A stretch of 64,000 nucleotides of DNA, taken from NCBI GenBank assembly GCA_965204165.1, contig OZ241969.1:4280735-4344734 (forward strand), written 5' to 3'. A program made the translations under genes and the position numbers. Under the pieces are notes generated by a model. The model ran no database searches, was not told where the DNA came from, and worked only from the letters and a program-made list of their open reading frames with translations. This stretch comes from Candidatus Poriferihabitaceae bacterium. GTDB taxonomy: Bacteria > Pseudomonadota > Gammaproteobacteria > Arenicellales > Poriferihabitantaceae. This document shows, piece by piece, positions 58,319 through 64,000 of this stretch; within the stretch, counting starts at the first letter, position 1; each line of letters opens with the position of its first letter.

Positions 58319-59680
58319 TCAGTAGAACTTCAGGTAGCGCTGGCGTTCCCAGTCCGACACATGATTCAGGTAGCTGAGCCATTCATCGCGCTTGAATGCA
58401 ACATAGGTATCCTTCATGAGCTTGCCCATCACCTGCTCCGTCAACGGGTCCGCATCCAGCGCATCGACGGCTTCCTCCAGGGTCCGCGGCAGCATCCGGA
58501 TCCCGAGGGCGTCCAGTTCCGCCTGGCTCTTCAGGTACATGTTGTCCGTGTGGGGTTCGCCGGGGTCCAGGCCTTCACGGACACCTTCCAGGCCGGCGGC
58601 CAGCACCATGGCGCCGCCCAGGTAGGGATTGTTGGCAATATCCGCCGAACGCAGCTCAACCCGGCCTCCTCCCAGGGGGATGCGCACGGTGTCCGTGCGG
58701 TTGTTGTTGCCATAGCACTGGAACACGGGCGCCCAGGTAAAGCCCGACATGCTGCCCTCCTTGATCAACCGCTTGTAGCTGTTGACGGTCGGGGATACCA
58801 CCGCGCTCAGCGCCGGCAGATGACGCAGGATCCCGGCGATGAACTGGTACCCCAACTCACTGATTCCGCAGCCCCGGGGGTCATCGTCCGACTCGAACAG
58901 GTTGACGCCGGTTTCGATGTCGGCGAGAGACATGTTGTAGTGGGCGCCGCTCCCGGCTCGGTCACTGAACGGTTTGGGCATGAAGGATGCGAAGTAGCCC
59001 CTGCGGTTGGCGAGCTCCTGGATCAGCAGGCGGAAGAAAACGAACCGGTCCGCCATGCGGAGACCTTCCGTGTACATGAAGTCGATCTCAAACTGCCCGT
59101 TGCCATCCTCATGATCAAAGGAGTAGACATCGTAGCCAAGTCCATTGAGCTCGCTGACGATTTCCTCCAGCATCTCGAAACTGTCCAGCGTGGAGCGGAC
59201 ATCGTAGGCCGGTTTGGGCATGTCGTCCCGGGGGCCGATGGGCGCGTAACCGCCGTTCCCGTCCTCCCTGAGCAGAAAGAACTCGGGCTCGATTCCGAAA
59301 TTGAATCGATACCCCATGGATTCCGCCTGGGCCAAGATCTTCCTGAAAATCGTCCGGTTGCAGGGTTCGAACGGTTTCCCCTCGCAGTACAGGTCGCTGG
59401 CGAACCACGCCACATCCGGCTGCCAGGGCATGACCATCACGGATTCGGGATCCGGATGGGGAGAGACCTCCTCGTCGCTGATGTCCTGGGGAACCCCATC
59501 CAGGGCGGCGCCGGTACACAATTCCGACCCGCCCATCATGCGGTCCAGGTGTCCGATCGGCACGACCTTGGATTTGGACACCCCATGCATGTCCGAATAG
59601 GAAGCCAGGGCATAGCGGACCCCCCGGGCCTCCAGGGACTGCTGCAGCGCCTTGATGTCGGCGGAACCGGATTCGTTCAT
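58319..59680 (-). CDS. glutamine-synthetase-family ligase (type III GS / gamma-glutamyl-amine synthetase-like)
   Basis: 453 aa. Beta-grasp N-domain (YSDMHGVSKSKVVP) and catalytic domain motifs (EPEFFLL, FMPKPF..AGSGAH, NNRT..VRIP). Confidence 0.85.
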   Translation of the reverse strand: MNESGSADIKALQQSLEARGVRYALASYSDMHGVSKSKVVPIGHLDRMMGGSELCTGAALDGVPQDISDEEVSPHPDPESVMVMPWQPDVAWFASDLYCEGKPFEPCNRTIFRKILAQAESMGYRFNFGIEPEFFLLREDGNGGYAPIGPRDDMPKPAYDVRSTLDSFEMLEEIVSELNGLGYDVYSFDHEDGNGQFEIDFMYTEGLRMADRFVFFRLLIQELANRRGYFASFMPKPFSDRAGSGAHYNMSLADIETGVNLFESDDDPRGCGISELGYQFIAGILRHLPALSAVVSPTVNSYKRLIKEGSMSGFTWAPVFQCYGNNNRTDTVRIPLGGGRVELRSADIANNPYLGGAMVLAAGLEGVREGLDPGEPHTDNMYLKSQAELDALGIRMLPRTLEEAVDALDADPLTEQVMGKLMKDTYVAFKRDEWLSYLNHVSDWERQRYLKFY

Positions 59681-60756
59681 GGTAGATCCTCCACGATAAG
59701 ATGTTGATGACGTTTGATTTCGGAATCGAGCACGCCCGCCAGGCGGTCATGATCGGGCATCAGGTCGTACTCCGCGCACCGGGCAATATCTTCCGCCAGG
59801 GAATCCCATTGGATGGCGTCGAGTTCCGCGCGGGTGAACCGTTCCATCACGGCCGGATTGCCCATCTGGAGCACCGGGTTCAGCGTCCTGGGCGCGGTGG
59901 CTGCCCGGTGCGCGGCGTCTTCTGAAAGCATCCATTCAAGGAACCTGTCCGCCAGCGGGTGGGGATCCGGATTCGACAGCAGACCGGTCACCTCGGTGAA
60001 CACGATCCCGCCCAGGCCGTCCACCGGACCGCTTCGGGGGGTTGCCGCCCGGATCTGTCCGTGGCCCGCCAGGCGGGCCGGCGAGGCGGTATAGGTGCCG
60101 CCGGACAGGTAGAAATCGATTTCCCCTTCAATGAGCTTCCGGTTCAGAACGAAGTGGTCCTCGCTCAGCAGCCCGGCGCTTTCGAACCAGTGTGCGGCCA
60201 TGGCCTCGAACTTCGCGAACGCCTCCTCCCCGAATGGCCTGAACGGATTCAACCCGGCCGCGATGGCCAGGTGAAACAGGTTGAAGTCCCGGTAGAGCAG
60301 GATCCCGTAGCGCCGCTTCATCGACGGGTCCCGCGCCAGCGAAAAGCCTTCGGCCTCCGCCGTTACAAGGGATATCCTGCGGGTATTGACCACCAGGTTG
60401 AAGGCGCCGAAGCGCTGGGCAATGCCGAGGCGCCTGTCACCATCCACGGAACGCGTCCACGCGGCCAGGCGCGCGAAGTCCGGGTGAATGTCCCCGTCCA
60501 TGCCACTGAACTGGCCATCCTGCAGCGGCCGGATCGCACCAAGCGGGTCCAGGTATCCCCGAATCCAGGCATTGTTGATATTGAGGATATCGGGACGTTC
60601 GGATTCTGCCGCGGCGCAGTTCCGGGCGGCCTCGTAGTCCGTCACCAGCGCCTGCACCGAGACGTCCGTACCGTACCTGTCCCGGAACGGCGCCAGAAAA
60701 CCGGCCCGATCGTAACCCTCCCAGCAATGCAGCCTGAGCGGCCTGTGGTCCGCCAT
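59677..60756 (-). CDS. PotD/PotF-like solute-binding-fold protein without signal peptide
   Basis: LHCWEGYD...FRDRYGTDVSVQ...PDILNINNAW follows the polyamine-binding-protein N-lobe pattern. There is no hydrophobic leader. Confidence 0.5.
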   Translation of the reverse strand: MADHRPLRLHCWEGYDRAGFLAPFRDRYGTDVSVQALVTDYEAARNCAAAESERPDILNINNAWIRGYLDPLGAIRPLQDGQFSGMDGDIHPDFARLAAWTRSVDGDRRLGIAQRFGAFNLVVNTRRISLVTAEAEGFSLARDPSMKRRYGILLYRDFNLFHLAIAAGLNPFRPFGEEAFAKFEAMAAHWFESAGLLSEDHFVLNRKLIEGEIDFYLSGGTYTASPARLAGHGQIRAATPRSGPVDGLGGIVFTEVTGLLSNPDPHPLADRFLEWMLSEDAAHRAATAPRTLNPVLQMGNPAVMERFTRAELDAIQWDSLAEDIARCAEYDLMPDHDRLAGVLDSEIKRHQHLIVEDLP

Positions 60757-60759
60757 GAT

Positions 60760-61638
60760 TCAGGCGCGGAACAGCGGCGACTTGGGGCGGTCCGGAACCG
60801 CCACCAGCAGCGCGCCGATGAAGATCACCAGACCGCCGATCCAGGTCCAGACATCCGGTAACTCGAAAAAGAACAGATAGCCAAAAAGTGCCATCCACAC
60901 CAGGCGGAGGAAATCCAGTGGCATGATGATGCTGGTCGCCGCCTCCCGCATTGCCTGGGTGAACAGGATCAGCGACGTGATATTGATGATGCCCATAATG
61001 GCCAGCAGCACCAGCTGCCCGGTATCCGGCCAGACCCAGACGCTGATCGCCATGGGCAGGGACAGCGGTATCAGCAGAACCGTGATGTAGGCGGTGATCA
61101 CCGTACTGGAGTCTTCCCGCCCCAGCACCTTGATGACCGTCAGGTTGATGGAAAAGAGTATGGTCGACAGGATCATGAGTACCGTTCCCACGTCGAGGGG
61201 AATGGTTCCCGGCCGCAGAACCAGCAGCATGCCGGCCACGCCCATGGCCAGGGACAGCCAGTTGACCAGCCTGGACCGCTCCTTGAAAAACACCACAGCC
61301 ATCAGGCTGACCACCACCGGGGCGAAAAAGCCGATGGCGGTCGCCTTGGCCAGGGGAATGGCCGTCAGGGCATAGTAGAAGCAGGTCAGCGAGGAGACCG
61401 AGAACACCGCACGGACGACGTGCAGCCGCAGCTGCCTGGTCCGAAACAGCGCCTTTCCCTGGCGCATGAACAGCGGAAGGAGAACAAAGAGGCCGAAGAA
61501 CCCCCGGAAGAAGACCGATTGGGAGCTGTGTATTTCGGGGGAAACGTAACGCACGATCAGGTGTGAGATGGAAAACCCGACCGTGGACAGCAGCATCCAG
61601 AGCAGTCCGCGACCGGTACCGGGACGTAACAGGTTCAA
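60760..61638 (-). CDS. DMT-superfamily (EamA-type) transporter
   Basis: 292 aa with a 10-TM-like pattern. Confidence 0.8.
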   Translation of the reverse strand: MNLLRPGTGRGLLWMLLSTVGFSISHLIVRYVSPEIHSSQSVFFRGFFGLFVLLPLFMRQGKALFRTRQLRLHVVRAVFSVSSLTCFYYALTAIPLAKATAIGFFAPVVVSLMAVVFFKERSRLVNWLSLAMGVAGMLLVLRPGTIPLDVGTVLMILSTILFSINLTVIKVLGREDSSTVITAYITVLLIPLSLPMAISVWVWPDTGQLVLLAIMGIINITSLILFTQAMREAATSIIMPLDFLRLVWMALFGYLFFFELPDVWTWIGGLVIFIGALLVAVPDRPKSPLFRA

Positions 61639-61690
61639 GCGTCCCCCTCAGCAATGCCGGCCGGCGGCGCCTGGCCGACCGGGCGCATTC

Positions 61691-62653
61691 CTATCCGGCC
61701 AACGCATGCTTGAGGTCCGTGAAATACTCCAGGTTGATGCCGCAGCAGCCGCCGACTACCTGTACGCCGCCGGCAAACCATCGCCGCGCGATCCCGGGGA
61801 ATTCCGCCGGCGTCACATTGCTCTCCACTTCATCATCCCTATGCGGCAGGGTGTAATCGGACCGGTCGGCCTCGGGATAGACCGCCAGCGGTCCGGACCA
61901 GATGGAACGTGCCACGGGAATGGCCGCGTCGGTGGCGTCGATGGTGCTGTGGAAGATGGCGACACCGGAAAGGCCCTTGTCCGTGAACTCGCCGAGGCCG
62001 TCGGCGAGGGACGTGGTGGAGCTGTAGCCGATTCTCGGGGTGTCGTCTCCCTCATCCAGCCGGCAGCGGAACCCAAGCCAGAGGGGCAGTCCGGTCCCGG
62101 CGCATTCGTCCACCATCCAGTGACGGTGCTCGATGCTGCCGGTTCCCTCCAGCAGGAGTAAATCGACCCCGGCCTCGGCCAGGATTTCCGCCTGTTCACG
62201 CAGGTTCCAACGGGCCTGCCGCTCGGTGATTTCAGCCCGGGGGCGTGCATGTCGATGGAGACTGCGAACGGATTCCCCGCCCACTGTCAGGCCAAAGGCG
62301 GAAATCGAGCCGGCCAGCGTGACGTTCCGGTCGGGTGCGGACCGTTCCCGGGCTTCCATGGCCAGGTTCACCGCGCGGTAGTTGAGTTCCCGGGTCAGGT
62401 CGCCGAGACCCAGCGGCTCCAGGTTGTGTCGCGCCGAGGAGAACGTGTTGGTCGTGATGATGTCCACCCCGCAGTCAAGGTACCGCCTGTGCATCAGGCG
62501 AATGGTGTCCGGGTGGGTATGGAGCGCCTTCGCCGCCCAGGCCGTGTTGTCCATCGGCACGGACATGGCCTGGAGCTGCGTCCCGATCGCGCCGTCGAGG
62601 AGCGCGGTGCCATCCTGTTCCAGGATTTCTGCGAGTTGCTGATACATAACCAA
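61691..62653 (-). CDS. homocysteine S-methyltransferase family protein
   Basis: LLDGAIGT, DIITTNTF and the C-terminal zinc motif GGCCGI. Confidence 0.8.
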   Translation of the reverse strand: MVMYQQLAEILEQDGTALLDGAIGTQLQAMSVPMDNTAWAAKALHTHPDTIRLMHRRYLDCGVDIITTNTFSSARHNLEPLGLGDLTRELNYRAVNLAMEARERSAPDRNVTLAGSISAFGLTVGGESVRSLHRHARPRAEITERQARWNLREQAEILAEAGVDLLLLEGTGSIEHRHWMVDECAGTGLPLWLGFRCRLDEGDDTPRIGYSSTTSLADGLGEFTDKGLSGVAIFHSTIDATDAAIPVARSIWSGPLAVYPEADRSDYTLPHRDDEVESNVTPAEFPGIARRWFAGGVQVVGGCCGINLEYFTDLKHALAG

Positions 62654-62753
62654 ATGTGATGCTTATATTGTTTGAAAACAGCTATTTATCGATTCCGGTC
62701 CTAGTATAAGAGACCTGCTTGTGAAAGACACCTTTCCGGTTTATGCTGGCACC

Positions 62754-63776
62754 ATGAATACCACCACACGCATTCGTAGCGACATCGACTACGACCGGCC
62801 GGGCAAGCAGACTACCGTCTTGCGGCTCGTGCATTCCGATAACGAAACTCCCTGGGGATTCATTCCCGTTCCCGTGGCGGTGATCGCCGGCGGGCGCTTC
62901 GGCCGGGAAAACACGGTGCTGCTGTCGGCCGGCAACCACGGCAACGAGTACGAAGGGCAGGTCATTGTCCGCCGGCTGATCCGCGAACTGGACCCGGAGG
63001 CGATGAATGGCCGGGTCATCGTCCTGCCGGCGCTCAATTATCCCGCGGTGATGGAGAACAGCCGCGTGTCACGCATCGACGGCGTCAACATGAACCGGGC
63101 GTATCCCGGCGACCCGGACGGGACGCCCACGCCCGCCATGGCACACTACGTGGAGACCGTCGTGCTGCCGCAGTGCGCCGCCGCCGCGGACCTGCATTCC
63201 GGCGGCGCGGTTTCCGACTTCCTGCCCTGCGCCTACATGCGTCACGCCGGCGAGGCGGAATTCATGGCGCGCAAGCTGGCCGCCTGCGATGCGTTCTCCG
63301 CACCGTGGACCGTGGTGGTATCCGGCACCGCGGACAACCGGTCGCTGTCCGCGTCCTGTGACCGCAACGGGGTTGTCATGGTGGCCACCGAACTCGCCGG
63401 ATCCGCCGGCATGGACCTGGATGCGCTGGAGATCGGCTATGACGCCACCCTCCGCTACCTGGCCCATTTCGGCATCATCGGCGACAGCCCTCCCGCCGAC
63501 GCGGCCACCCGCTACATCCAGACACCGGAAGCGAGCTGGTTCGTCTGGGCCACCGCGGACGGCATCTTCGAACCGGCCGTCCGGCTGGGGGACACGGTCG
63601 ATGCCGGACAGCAGGCAGGACTGATCCACCCGTTGAACGACCCGTTCCGGGAGCCGGACGTCATTCATTTCGCCCATGGCGGCATCATCGCCGCCATCCA
63701 CACGCCCGCCATTGTCCACCGTGGACAGTATGTCTTCCAGGTGGCGGAGGAGATCGACGCCGCCCGGCTTACATGA
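62754..63776 (+). CDS. succinylglutamate desuccinylase / aspartoacylase (AstE/AspA) family zinc deacylase
   Basis: LSAGNHGNEYEG (zinc His/Glu), NRAYPG and DLHSGG are family motifs. Confidence 0.75.
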   Translation: MNTTTRIRSDIDYDRPGKQTTVLRLVHSDNETPWGFIPVPVAVIAGGRFGRENTVLLSAGNHGNEYEGQVIVRRLIRELDPEAMNGRVIVLPALNYPAVMENSRVSRIDGVNMNRAYPGDPDGTPTPAMAHYVETVVLPQCAAAADLHSGGAVSDFLPCAYMRHAGEAEFMARKLAACDAFSAPWTVVVSGTADNRSLSASCDRNGVVMVATELAGSAGMDLDALEIGYDATLRYLAHFGIIGDSPPADAATRYIQTPEASWFVWATADGIFEPAVRLGDTVDAGQQAGLIHPLNDPFREPDVIHFAHGGIIAAIHTPAIVHRGQYVFQVAEEIDAARLT

Positions 63777-64000
63777 ATCTGTCCCCCGCCAAGCGGCGTA
63801 TCGTCGATATCCGGGCCCACATGACAGCGTTGCCCGAGGGGTTTTCGGGCGACACCATCAAGCTGTGTTCCAATGAAAGCTCTTTCGGTCCGGCCCCGGG
63901 CGTCATCGATGCCGCGGAAAAGGCGGTGGGCCGGATGCAGTTCTACGCCGAGCAGGGAACCTGGGATCTGCAGCAGGCCATTGCGCAGCGGGAGGGCATC
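63773..64000 (+). CDS. class I/II aminotransferase (HisC-like), 5' partial at window edge
   Basis: The ATG overlaps the upstream stop. The frame is open to the window end, and LCSNESSFGP matches the HisC-type N-terminal motif. Confidence 0.6.
   Translation, partial: MNLSPAKRRIVDIRAHMTALPEGFSGDTIKLCSNESSFGPAPGVIDAAEKAVGRMQFYAEQGTWDLQQAIAQREGI

Noticed and set aside
58217-59707. 496-aa ORF antisense to the GS-family ligase (similar cases: 33348..34436, 43649..44527, 48867..50189, 59959..60861)
   Set aside because: All lie opposite genes with strong family motifs and are typical high-G+C antisense open frames.

Overview
High-G+C, proteobacterial-type chromosomal window in two parts. The right part, 43.2-64 kb, is ordinary housekeeping DNA: glyA, a UshA-type 5'-nucleotidase, tgt, queA, tRNA-Leu(CAA), a class-III aminotransferase, a vapBC-type toxin-antitoxin pair, uvrD, an OmpR-type response regulator, a molybdopterin oxidoreductase, and a cluster of GS-like ligase, transporter, methyltransferase and deacylase genes. 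The left part, 1-43.1 kb, is mosaic accessory DNA with five components. (i) A nest of three insertion sequences: an IS110 fragment cut by an IS66-family element, itself cut by an IS4-superfamily IS. (ii) A MacAB-TolC-like tripartite exporter operon whose adaptor carries an N-terminal PAS domain; it is preceded by a 26-copy 8-bp microsatellite and followed by a secreted 12-cysteine protein. (iii) An ORF-poor stretch packed with promoter-like boxes and intrinsic-terminator hairpins. (iv) Conjugative-element genes (ssb, DUF2493, MOBF relaxase, coupling protein), with no mating-pair-formation or integrase genes in view. (v) Visibly AT-richer cargo inserted among them. The most interesting cargo is one ~2,141-codon gene: a nuclease-like N-terminus, a P-loop STAND-like NTPase, and ~1,600 aa of unrecognisable helical sequence. 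It is cleanly split by a second, complete copy of the IS66-family element, with an 8-bp target duplication GATGAAAG. That IS is itself unusual because it carries a compact Dam-like DNA methyltransferase instead of tnpA/tnpB. No rRNA and no CRISPR array were seen. All calls come from reading the supplied translations and the sequence by eye. No database search or folding was possible, and hairpin and repeat coordinates were hand-counted.
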